Translations under genes and position numbers: made by a program
Origin: an uncultured bacterium
GTDB taxonomy: Bacteria > Patescibacteriota > Minisyncoccia > Phycocordibacterales > UBA2100
Direction of reading: 5' to 3'
NCBI GenBank assembly: GCA_903858755.1
Contig: CAIOKC010000027.1
Location: forward strand, 2,192-66,191
DNA length: 64,000 bases
The notes under the pieces: model-generated
The model's input: the letters and a program-made list of their open reading frames with translations, nothing else
Databases searched by the model: none
What the model was told of the DNA's origin: nothing
Shown: positions 1 through 8,511 of the stretch, piece after piece
How positions within the stretch are numbered: the stretch's first letter is position 1
How the letters are laid out: every line of letters begins with the position of its first letter

Positions 1-1869
1 TCGCATACTCACGGCGCCTCCCCGGCGCGCAGCCCCGGGCGCGCGCCGCACCCGGGAAGACGACCTCCTCAGCGCGATGGCCGCCCTCGTCGCCGCTCGT
101 TTGGTCCGCGCTCGCATCCACCGCGACGCGGCAAGACCCGCGTCGAGCACCAGGCACCATCACGCGCACATGCACCGCACGCAGCATCCGTCCCGCCTAT
201 CGCGAGCGATGTCGTCCGCATTATCCCCCTCGGCGGCGTCGAGGAGATCGGTCGCAACATGACCGCGATCGAGATCGGCGACGACATATTCGTACTCGAC
301 TGCGGTTTCGCCTTCTCCGAAGACGACACGCCGGGTATCGACTACATCCTGCCCAATACCGGCTACCTCGAAGAGCGCCGCAACAAAATCCGCGGTCTCC
401 TCATATCGCACGGGCACCTCGATCACATCGGCGGCATCCCCTACATCATCGATCGCATCGGCAATCCGACGATCTACACCCGCAAGCTTACGGGCAAGAT
501 GATCCAAAAGCGCCAAGAGGAGTTCGCCGGCTCCGTGGTCACGATCCGCGAAGTGGAGCGCGACGAGGTTATCAAGCTCGGCAATCATACGATCCGCTTC
601 TTCGGCGTGACCCACACCGTGCCGGATTCGATGGGCATCATCATCGAGACCCCATGGGGCGACGTGGTGTTTACCGGCGACATCAAACTCAACCATCTCG
701 ACGGTGAGCCTTCCGACGAGGAGAAACGTGAATTCGGCATATTCAAAGACCGCAGTGTCTTAGCGCTCCTCATGGACTCGACGAATGTATGGCAGCCGGG
801 ATTCTCGATACCCGAGTCGACCGTCTACAAGACGCTCAACAACGTCATAAAGGACGCAAAAGGTCGCCTCATCATCGCGATGTTTGCTTCGCATCTCGAA
901 CGCCTCATCCGCGTCGTGCATTTCGCCGAAGAGTACGGCAAGAAGATCGTCATCGACGGCAGGAGTATGAGGACCAACATCGAGATCGCGCGCGAACTCG
1001 GTCTCATCAAGTACAAGGACGACACGGTGGTCGCGGTCGAAAACATGGGTCAGTACCCGAAAGAGCGCATCATCATCCTCGCCACTGGCGCGCAAGGCGA
1101 TGAATTCGCCTCGCTCGCGAGAATCGGCAACAAAACGCACAAGCATATCCGCCTTGAGCCGACAGACACCGTCGTGCTCTCATCGTCGGTCATCCCCGGC
1201 AACGAACGCGCGGTGCAGAAACTCAAAGACAACCTCTCGCGCCAAGGCGCGCACATCATCACCTACCACGCGAGCGATGTGCATGCATCCGGCCACGGCA
1301 ATCGCGAAGAAGCGGCGTGGATCCACCGGCAGATCAAGCCGAAGTTCTTCATCCCCGTGCACGGCTACCACTACATGCTCCGCGTGCATGCCGATCTCGC
1401 GGTCGAGATGGGCGTCGCACCGGATCACATCGCAATCGCCGACAACTCCACGATCGTGGAGATACGAGGCGGCGAGAAAATCTCCAAGCACGCGATAAAG
1501 GCACCCTCGGAATTGCGCGTGGTCGAAGGATCGACCGTCTCCGAACTCTCCGACGTCCTCATGCGCGATCGAAAAGCGCTCGGACAGGAAGGATTCTGCG
1601 TCGTCGTCGCGACGGTGGACCGCCGCACCGGCAAACTCCACAAATCCCCCGACATCATCTCCCGAGGATTCGTATATCTGCGCGACAACAAAGATCTGAT
1701 GGATCAGACGCGCCTCATCATCCGCAAATCAGTGGAAGGCTCAATGCGCAACCCGCGTGCAGCCGATCTCGACCACGCCCGCGACGACCTCGCAGAATCC
1801 GTCGCCCGCTTCCTCTTGCAGCGGACCATGAAACGACCGATCGTGATTCCGGTGATCGTGAGTATTTAG
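1..1869 (+). CDS. rnj: Ribonuclease J (5' end outside window; R/P-rich N-terminal extension)
   Basis: Frame is open from base 1; RIIPLGGVEEIGRNM, SHGHLDHIGG metallo-beta-lactamase motif, HASGH, FIPVHG. Confidence 0.95.
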   Translation, partial: SHTHGASPARSPGRAPHPGRRPPQRDGRPRRRSFGPRSHPPRRGKTRVEHQAPSRAHAPHAASVPPIASDVVRIIPLGGVEEIGRNMTAIEIGDDIFVLDCGFAFSEDDTPGIDYILPNTGYLEERRNKIRGLLISHGHLDHIGGIPYIIDRIGNPTIYTRKLTGKMIQKRQEEFAGSVVTIREVERDEVIKLGNHTIRFFGVTHTVPDSMGIIIETPWGDVVFTGDIKLNHLDGEPSDEEKREFGIFKDRSVLALLMDSTNVWQPGFSIPESTVYKTLNNVIKDAKGRLIIAMFASHLERLIRVVHFAEEYGKKIVIDGRSMRTNIEIARELGLIKYKDDTVVAVENMGQYPKERIIILATGAQGDEFASLARIGNKTHKHIRLEPTDTVVLSSSVIPGNERAVQKLKDNLSRQGAHIITYHASDVHASGHGNREEAAWIHRQIKPKFFIPVHGYHYMLRVHADLAVEMGVAPDHIAIADNSTIVEIRGGEKISKHAIKAPSELRVVEGSTVSELSDVLMRDRKALGQEGFCVVVATVDRRTGKLHKSPDIISRGFVYLRDNKDLMDQTRLIIRKSVEGSMRNPRAADLDHARDDLAESVARFLLQRTMKRPIVIPVIVSI

Positions 1870-1884
1870 GTCCCGTAGCGATTC

Positions 1885-2664
1885 TCATATAAGCCCATCG
1901 CGCTTAAGCGACACCAAGGCCGCACCGATGCGTCTTTTTGAAAAAGGGAGCGATTCCGGATCCTGACCCATATGCGCGGCTTTCAGTATGGCGCCGCGCA
2001 CTTCGCGTAAGCTTCCCTTGAATTTGGACTGCTTCGTGTAGACACGAGTGCGGCTGTTGATCTTGATCCCGTTACGTTTCAGGTACGAGCCGTAATCAAA
2101 CAGCGCAGAGTGCCACTTTCTAGGGTCCTGCCCCTTCGCCGCCATCTTTGCAATAGGCAGCACCTCACTATCGGAATATCGGGAGATCGTATCTCCCGAT
2201 ATTGGGAAGAAGTGGTGGATTAATGCAGTGCGGACATTGGTCTCGATGAGGACATCCGGCTCGTTGAAGGCAAAGACGCGGACGGCTGATGCGGTGTATG
2301 GTCCCATGCCGGATAAAGTTCGGAGTACCGCAAGATCCCTCGGTACCTTTCCCTTATGCGCTCGGACGATTTCTTTCGCCGCATCGTGCACATACTTCCC
2401 TCGCCTGTTGTAGCCAAGTCCACTCCAGACCTTGAGCACCATGCCAAGGGGTGCCCTTGCCAGTGAGCGGACATTCGGAAAAGCTTCCAGGAATTTTTTG
2501 TACTTTTCAATCACCCGCGGCACCTGTGTCTGCTGGAGCATTACTTCGGATACAAGAATCTTGTACGGATCCTTGGTCTTGCGCCACGGAAGGTCGTGCC
2601 GTCCGTTCTTTTTGTAGTGCTCCCAGACGATGCGTCTGAAATCCTCGACCTTAGCGGATGTCAT
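1885..2664 (-). CDS. mutY: A/G-specific adenine glycosylase, MutY-like, short form without Fe-S cluster motif
   Basis: LPWR, ILVSEVMLQQTQV, WSGLGYNRR, HhH G.G.YTA, ETNVR. Confidence 0.85.
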   Translation of the reverse strand: MTSAKVEDFRRIVWEHYKKNGRHDLPWRKTKDPYKILVSEVMLQQTQVPRVIEKYKKFLEAFPNVRSLARAPLGMVLKVWSGLGYNRRGKYVHDAAKEIVRAHKGKVPRDLAVLRTLSGMGPYTASAVRVFAFNEPDVLIETNVRTALIHHFFPISGDTISRYSDSEVLPIAKMAAKGQDPRKWHSALFDYGSYLKRNGIKINSRTRVYTKQSKFKGSLREVRGAILKAAHMGQDPESLPFSKRRIGAALVSLKRDGLI

Positions 2665-3343
2665 ACATGACATCTTTTCTCTCCACTTTTACACTCCACT
2701 TCATACGCTTCGCGTAGCGGTACAGCTTTGAATTCGGATTGAAGCAAATCGGCTTTGCGACCATTTCCAGGAATGGTACATCGGTCTCCGTATCGCCCAC
2801 CCCCACGGAGTGCGCGAGCGTGAGACCTTCTTTCTCGACCGCACGCTTCACGATATTTGCTTTGTTGAGAATGAGGTGCTCATCGATCACTTTGCCGGTG
2901 AAGCAATCTTGCGGACCGATCTCATAGACCATGCCGTATGTCTTATCAAATCCGAGCCGCGGGCAGAATTTATCGAGCACCGTCTTCGGCGAGTGCGACA
3001 CCGCGAGAAGAAAATACCCGCGCGACCGCAGATCCTTGAGCAGATCGCGCGTATAGCGGTAGGTGCGCTTCCACTGCTCATCGACCACCTCTTCCGCGGC
3101 ATCGGCAAGCGCAGAGTAGTGCACGCCCTTAAGGTGCCCGACGAATGCGCGTACGACCGCATCGATGTATTCCTGGTAGTCGCCCTCGCGATCGAGCCAG
3201 CGCACATGCTCGCGCTCATAGACCCTCCTCGTATCCGGAGGGAACACGCCTTTCTCGATGAGTCGATTGACGACCTGTATCAGAAGGCTGGAGCGGAATA
3301 TCGTACCGTCTACATCAAATATCGCCGCCCGCCGTTTCTCCAT
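2651..3343 (-). CDS. HAD-superfamily IB hydrolase (SerB-like)
   Basis: FDVDGT motif I; GDTETD motif IV. Confidence 0.85.
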   Translation of the reverse strand: MEKRRAAIFDVDGTIFRSSLLIQVVNRLIEKGVFPPDTRRVYEREHVRWLDREGDYQEYIDAVVRAFVGHLKGVHYSALADAAEEVVDEQWKRTYRYTRDLLKDLRSRGYFLLAVSHSPKTVLDKFCPRLGFDKTYGMVYEIGPQDCFTGKVIDEHLILNKANIVKRAVEKEGLTLAHSVGVGDTETDVPFLEMVAKPICFNPNSKLYRYAKRMKWSVKVERKDVMYDIR

Positions 3344-3423
3344 GCCGCCATGGTACCAGAAGCATGGATTTGCGATACTCGTACAGCTGTGGCACGATGC
3401 ACCAGACCACTAGCACCAAGGAG

Positions 3424-3585
3424 ATGATCGTGAAGACAGTTCTTTCCGATACGAAATGCCCGAAGCATAAGTGCAAATGCGTCCTCCGCGGCGGGCAGGT
3501 CGTCTGCCTCAAATGCGAGGATGAGAAAAATCAGAAGCAATTCTCAAATCAGCCCGGTCACGGTCCTGCCAAACAGCAGACGTAG
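3424..3585 (+). CDS. Small Cys-rich hypothetical protein (possible zinc ribbon)
   Basis: AAGGAG just upstream of GTG 3430; CPKH-CKC...CLKC; downstream hairpin with T-tract. Confidence 0.4.
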   Translation: MIVKTVLSDTKCPKHKCKCVLRGGQVVCLKCEDEKNQKQFSNQPGHGPAKQQT

Positions 3586-3602
3586 CGGTGCGCGTGAAAA
3601 AG

Positions 3603-3636
3603 CAAAGGGTGCCCCGTGGTGCCCTTTTTGTTTTTT
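3603..3636 (+). terminator. Putative intrinsic terminator
   Basis: AAAGGGTGCC-CCGT-GGTGCCCTTT stem (with G-U pairs) followed by T run. Confidence 0.5.
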
Positions 3637-3652
3637 GGCGATAGGCTATTGT

Positions 3653-4726
3653 ATGGATATGAAGCGCAAGATACGCGTCGGCATTCTATTCGGAGGGAAA
3701 TCCGCCGAGCACGAAGTATCTATCCGCTCCGCGCGAAATGTCGCCGAAGCGATAGACAAAGAAAAATACGAGGTGCGACTTATCGGTATCGACAAAAAAG
3801 GTCATTGGCTGGCTCCGCAAAAATCAGCCGCACTTATAGGGGCGACGAGCATCCCTACATCCGATGTAAAAAGTATTGTCCTCGCACCTGAGAGCGACGG
3901 CGATATAACGAGCTCCGAAGGCGAGGAAAAAATCGACGTGGTCTTCCCTATTCTCCACGGACCGTTTGGCGAAGACGGAACAGTGCAAGGGTTGCTTCGA
4001 ATCGCCAATGTCCCTTTCGTCGGCGCGGGGGTGCTTGGCTCCGCGATCGGCATGGATAAGGACGTGATGAAGCGGCTCCTCCGGGATGCGGGCATCTCTA
4101 TTGCCAAATTCATTGTCGCAACGGAATCGGCTCCGGTTTCGTTCAAACAAGCGCACTCCGAGCTTGGTCTACCCCTCTTCATAAAACCCGCAAACCTCGG
4201 CTCGTCGGTCGGAGTCAGTAAAGTGACGACGGAGGAAGAGTACGCGCCGGCGATCAGAAAAGCGTTTCAATTCGATACCAAGATTCTCATCGAGGAGTAC
4301 ATCGAGGGTCGCGAAATCGAGTGTTCGGTCTTGGGCAACGAGAATCCGATTGCATCAATCCCCGGTGAAGTCATCGTTCACGACGAGTTCTATTCGTATG
4401 ACGCGAAATACATCGACGAGAGAGGCGCGTCGCTCCGTATACCTGCAGATATTCCGCCGGAGACGACACGGCTCGTGCAGGAAACCGCAATCAAGACGTA
4501 CCAAGCGCTCGCATGCGAAGGCATGGGTCGGGTCGATTCATTCCTTACACTAGACGGTCGCGTCGTCGTGAATGAGATCAACACCATCCCCGGATTTACC
4601 AATATCAGCATGTACCCGAAGATGTGGGAGGCATCTGGAATTTCGTACACGGATTTGATCGACAGATTGATCACCCTCGCGCTGGAACGATTCGAAAAGC
4701 AAAGTCGCCTCAAAACAGCCCGCTAG
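3653..4726 (+). CDS. ddl: D-alanine--D-alanine ligase
   Basis: FGGKSAEHEVS, HGPFGEDG, KPANLGSSVG, NEINTIPG. Confidence 0.95.
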   Translation: MDMKRKIRVGILFGGKSAEHEVSIRSARNVAEAIDKEKYEVRLIGIDKKGHWLAPQKSAALIGATSIPTSDVKSIVLAPESDGDITSSEGEEKIDVVFPILHGPFGEDGTVQGLLRIANVPFVGAGVLGSAIGMDKDVMKRLLRDAGISIAKFIVATESAPVSFKQAHSELGLPLFIKPANLGSSVGVSKVTTEEEYAPAIRKAFQFDTKILIEEYIEGREIECSVLGNENPIASIPGEVIVHDEFYSYDAKYIDERGASLRIPADIPPETTRLVQETAIKTYQALACEGMGRVDSFLTLDGRVVVNEINTIPGFTNISMYPKMWEASGISYTDLIDRLITLALERFEKQSRLKTAR

Positions 4727-4774
4727 ACCGCTATTGTTTATCAGTACCTATAGGACGAGATAAACAATAGCGGT
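4727..4774. repeat. Perfect 16-bp inverted repeat between convergent ddl and nth
   Basis: ACCGCTATTGTTTATC (4727-4742) / GATAAACAATAGCGGT (4759-4774). Confidence 0.8.
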
Positions 4775-4786
4775 GTATATCAGCAA

Positions 4787-5455
4787 TCACTTGATCCTTG
4801 GCCACCGTGTGGCGGCTTTGGGGTAGAGCTTCGTGAGCGGGTGCTTCGTGCAGTCATGCGGACGGGCGGGGCATACGTAGCGACCGTAGAGGACGAGTCC
4901 GTTGTTTACGTACTTCCAATCTTTCTTCGGGATGAGGCGTTCAAGGTCGTGTGAAATCTTTTTAAGGTCGTCGTGATCCGTAAGATCAAAACGCTTCGCA
5001 AACCGCTTCACATGCGTGTCGGTCGGGATGCCTCCCCACGTATCGTGAAGCTCGCCAAGGATTACGTGCGCCGTCTTGTAGCCGACGCCGGGGAGTTTCT
5101 GCAGGTCATTCTCGTCGCGCGGCACTTTTCCCCCGAAATCACGCGATACCATCTTCGCCGCGGCGATAATATGCTTTGCTTTGTTGCGAAAGAAGGTGAT
5201 GGAAGAAATCTCGCGTTCAAACGTCCGTGGATCCGCATCCGCGAAACACGACGGCTTCTTGTATTTCTTGAAAAGCGTTTCGTTCACCCTATTTACCGCC
5301 TTGTCGGTGCACTGCGCCGACATTACGACCGCGACAACAAGCTGGAATGGCGTCGAATACCGCAGCTCCGTCTTCGGCTTCGGATACGTCCGCTTAAGAT
5401 ACGCGACGATTTTCCGCGCGCGCGCTCTCCTCTCCTTGAGTCGTTCAGTCTTCAC
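4787..5455 (-). CDS. nth: Endonuclease III
   Basis: VVMSAQCTD, LPGVGYKTA HhH, PTDTHV. Confidence 0.9.
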   Translation of the reverse strand: MKTERLKERRARARKIVAYLKRTYPKPKTELRYSTPFQLVVAVVMSAQCTDKAVNRVNETLFKKYKKPSCFADADPRTFEREISSITFFRNKAKHIIAAAKMVSRDFGGKVPRDENDLQKLPGVGYKTAHVILGELHDTWGGIPTDTHVKRFAKRFDLTDHDDLKKISHDLERLIPKKDWKYVNNGLVLYGRYVCPARPHDCTKHPLTKLYPKAATRWPRIK

Positions 5456-5459
5456 CCGG

Positions 5460-5915
5460 CTACTCTAGCACAATCGGTACGTCGAGATGGTCGTCGTTTT
5501 CCGGCAATCCGGAAGGGTTGTCTCTCTTGAGTACGAGCTTTGCCGCTCCAGCATAATTCCCGGTGAGCGCGACATCGGCGAGGAACGGCACGAGATCTGT
5601 CGTCATCCAATCCGATTGTGCCTGCGCGATCACCGTCGCGAGCACGATCCCGTTTGCATCCTGTACCTCTATCGGGAACGATGCTTCAAAATACCAGTTG
5701 CCCGGAGCCTGCCCCATAACGACAAAATCCTTCCCGACGGTCGCGTTGTTCTGCGGGCTCAAGACAGAAACCTTCGAGTGCAGAGGCTCTTCGCCATTCT
5801 GCATTCCGGTCGTCGGCGCAGTGACGGGTGCGGGGATCGCGAAGAGTACCCACGCAAGTCCGATGATGATAATCGAGAGGACGGTAATAACGCTCCACAT
5901 GATCTTTGCGTTCAT
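5460..5915 (-). CDS. Membrane-anchored Gmad2-like Ig domain protein
   Basis: N-terminal TM; G.APG.WYFEASFP, DNPSG motifs; TATACT -10 box 6 nt upstream of ATG 5915. Confidence 0.75.
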   Translation of the reverse strand: MNAKIMWSVITVLSIIIIGLAWVLFAIPAPVTAPTTGMQNGEEPLHSKVSVLSPQNNATVGKDFVVMGQAPGNWYFEASFPIEVQDANGIVLATVIAQAQSDWMTTDLVPFLADVALTGNYAGAAKLVLKRDNPSGLPENDDHLDVPIVLE

Positions 5916-5982
5916 TGCCCCAGTATACCAGGCTGACGCGCAGGTGCAGTAGCCGGGTATTTCTGCTACTATTGCCCGCATT

Positions 5983-6981
5983 ATGGCTACGCGCGCACAA
6001 CGCAAGAAAGTCGTGGTGATTGGCGGCGGCACGGGCACGTTCACCGTCCTGTCCGGTCTCAAAAAATATCCACTCGACCTCACCGCAATCGTTGCCATGT
6101 CCGACAACGGCGGCTCGACAGGGGTACTGCGCGACGAGCTCGGCGTCCTCCCACCGGGCGACGTACGCAATTGCCTCGTCGCACTCTCGACATCCGACAG
6201 GCTGATGCGCGCGCTCATGGGATACCGCTTCCAAGAGGGCAAGCTCAAAGGACACAGCTTCGGCAATCTGCTCCTCTCTGCGCTCGAGAAAGTGACGGGG
6301 AGCTTCGACCATGCGGTCGAAAAAGCGAGCGACATTCTCCGCACCAAGGGTCGCGTCATCCCGGCGACACTCGACAAGGTCACGCTCGTGGCGCAAGTCG
6401 GCAGCCGCACCGTTCGCGGCGAAGAGAAAATACAGACGACAAAGCTCAATGGCTCCCTCAAGGACCTCTGGCTTGAGCCTCACGGGCGCGCAAATCCGAA
6501 AGCGCTCGAGGCGATACGAGCAGCCGATCTGATCGTGATCGCGCCGGGCAATCTGTATGCAAGTCTTGTGCCAAATCTTCTCGTGCGCGGCATACCCGAA
6601 GCGATCAAACGAAGCCGGGCGAAAAAAGTATTTGTATGCAACCTCATGACCAAGGTCGAACACACAAAAGATTTCTCCGTCGCCGATTACACGGAAACGT
6701 TGGAAAAGTATCTCGGCTCGCCGCTCGACATCGTCATCTACAACAACGCAACCCCGGATGCGGAGCTTGTGAAGCGCTATGCGCGCGAGGGAGACACCCT
6801 CATCGCGTGGAATCATCTTCCAAAAAATCCGAAATTCCTCGGTGCAAATCTGCTCGCACGTCAGTACCACTCGCCAAACAAGGTCGGCACCGCGAGCAAA
6901 GAGAGTTCGCTCGTGCGCCACGACCCTGCGCGGCTTGCGCACACGATCGCAAAGATCATTGGAGTCCGGAAACAGATCTAG
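5983..6981 (+). CDS. yvcK: YvcK/GlmR (CofD-like) UDP-GlcNAc-binding gluconeogenesis factor
   Basis: VVIGGGTG, DNGGSTG.LR, PPGDVRN, GHSFGNL. Confidence 0.9.
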   Translation: MATRAQRKKVVVIGGGTGTFTVLSGLKKYPLDLTAIVAMSDNGGSTGVLRDELGVLPPGDVRNCLVALSTSDRLMRALMGYRFQEGKLKGHSFGNLLLSALEKVTGSFDHAVEKASDILRTKGRVIPATLDKVTLVAQVGSRTVRGEEKIQTTKLNGSLKDLWLEPHGRANPKALEAIRAADLIVIAPGNLYASLVPNLLVRGIPEAIKRSRAKKVFVCNLMTKVEHTKDFSVADYTETLEKYLGSPLDIVIYNNATPDAELVKRYAREGDTLIAWNHLPKNPKFLGANLLARQYHSPNKVGTASKESSLVRHDPARLAHTIAKIIGVRKQI

Positions 6982-7029
6982 TTGCTTCCACAGAAGCGAC
7001 CTGGTACTATTTCGATACAACTGAATATC

Positions 7030-7122
7030 GTATCAAGAGTGTGGGGAGAGTTCCGGCTCACCGATCCACCGGCAGCGTACTCGAAAGAGCAATGTGCCCC
7101 TTCCGGTCCTTCGGGAAGATAC
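7030..7122 (+). ncRNA. SAM-I-type riboswitch upstream of metK
   Basis: GTATC/GATAC P1, ATCAAGAG, GGAGAG...GGCTC, CCGGCA, GTGC core; hairpin at about 7136-7150 followed by ATTTT; upstream of metK. Confidence 0.8.
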
Positions 7123-7167
7123 TTTTATTAGCTAATCTCCCGTCGGGGAGATATTTTCGTTGCACGC

Positions 7168-8220
7168 ATGTTCCATCTTTTAGAAAGATACACGACGGAA
7201 TCGGTCACCTCCGGTCATCCCGACAAAGTATGCGATCAGATATCAGATGCGATTCTTGATGCCTGCCTCGCACAGGACAGAGACGCGCGCGTCGCCGTCG
7301 AATCATTCGGCAGCCACGGCACCCTCATGCTCGGCGGTGAAGTGAAAACTTCAGCGTCAGTCGATTTCGAGAAAATAGCGCGGGATGTGTACACCGGTAT
7401 CGGCTACGACGACGAGTTGAAGATTTTAAACACTATCGCTCAGCAATCCCCCGACATCGCACAAGGCGTCGATACCGGCGGCGCCGGAGATCAGGGCATC
7501 ATGTACGGATACGCGACCGACGAGACGAAAGAAATGCTCCCCCTCGGGGTCGTCCTCGCACACGCGCTTGCCCGCAGGCTCGAGATACTCCGCCGCGACG
7601 GTACGCTCACATGGCTCAAGCCCGATGGCAAGACGCAGGTCACGATTGCACAGGGCAAAGTCATCACTGCGCTTACCTCTACGCAGCATGCGGAAGAAAT
7701 CTCCCAAGAGGATATTCGAGCGGCTTTGATCGAACATCTTTTCACTCCGATTCTTGGCTCGGTCGAGCATATCGAAATACTCGTGAATCCGACGGGCAAA
7801 TTCGTCCTTGGCGGATTCACTGCTGATGCAGGTCTCACCGGTCGTAAGATAATGGTCGACACCTACGGCGGCCTTATGCCGCACGGCGGCGGTGCCTTCT
7901 CCGGCAAAGACGCGACCAAGGTTGATCGCTCAGCTGCCTACATGTGCCGCTTCGCGGCTAAGAATCTCGTGGCAAACGGCTACGCGAAGAAAGCGCTCGT
8001 CTCGGTCGCTTACGCGATCGGTCGCGTCGAGCCCGTGATGATCGAAGCGTTTGACGATACTGGCAAGAATCTTACCGACGTCGTTGTCAAGAATTTCGAT
8101 TTCAAACCGCGTGCCATTATCGAGCGCCTCGGGCTCACCCGCCCCATCTTCCGCGATACAGCTGCCTACGGGCACTTCGGCGTCGACGGTCGTCCGTGGG
8201 AAGCAATTGAGAGAATCTAG
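7168..8220 (+). CDS. metK: S-adenosylmethionine synthetase
   Basis: ESVTSGHPDK, GAGDQG, GGGAFSGKD. Confidence 0.97.
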   Translation: MFHLLERYTTESVTSGHPDKVCDQISDAILDACLAQDRDARVAVESFGSHGTLMLGGEVKTSASVDFEKIARDVYTGIGYDDELKILNTIAQQSPDIAQGVDTGGAGDQGIMYGYATDETKEMLPLGVVLAHALARRLEILRRDGTLTWLKPDGKTQVTIAQGKVITALTSTQHAEEISQEDIRAALIEHLFTPILGSVEHIEILVNPTGKFVLGGFTADAGLTGRKIMVDTYGGLMPHGGGAFSGKDATKVDRSAAYMCRFAAKNLVANGYAKKALVSVAYAIGRVEPVMIEAFDDTGKNLTDVVVKNFDFKPRAIIERLGLTRPIFRDTAAYGHFGVDGRPWEAIERI

Positions 8221-8302
8221 GTTGCGCCATCGCCAGTGTAATGTATCCTCAAGAGAGCCGTCAGAAATGGCGGTGGTTAGAAGTGGAGAGCGAATGTATT
8301 CT

Positions 8303-8468
8303 AATGAGCGTGTGGCCCCTTATCGGGGATACGAGGAGAGGGGTTGGGATATACCCAACAATCGGACATGCGAACTCGCATAGTATCTGCGGAAACCCTC
8401 CGGTAGTCTCCCTACCGTAACGTTTTTCGGAAAACCTGCCGGTAACGGCAGACGAAAATGGAAAACGG
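8303..8468 (+). ncRNA. glmS ribozyme (variant)
   Basis: AGCG...ACGAGG...ATCG...GCGGA...CCGG in canonical order, directly upstream of glmS. Confidence 0.75.
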
Positions 8469-8511
8469 CAGGAGTCGCTTTTCGTTAATTGCGAGCAATC
8501 GCATATACCAT

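Noticed and set aside
5686-7020. Long antisense ORFs (also 11106-12437, 13223-14164, 22541-23656, 38497-39453, 43112-44329)
   Set aside because: Shadow frames of well-supported genes in GC-rich DNA, with no motifs.
8458-8511. ORF-track N-terminal extension of GlmS (and similar ones on ddl, GH18, C5-MTase, vWA, gatC)
   Set aside because: GlmS needs Cys at position 2 (ATG 8512). The other extensions overlap neighbouring genes or promoter boxes.
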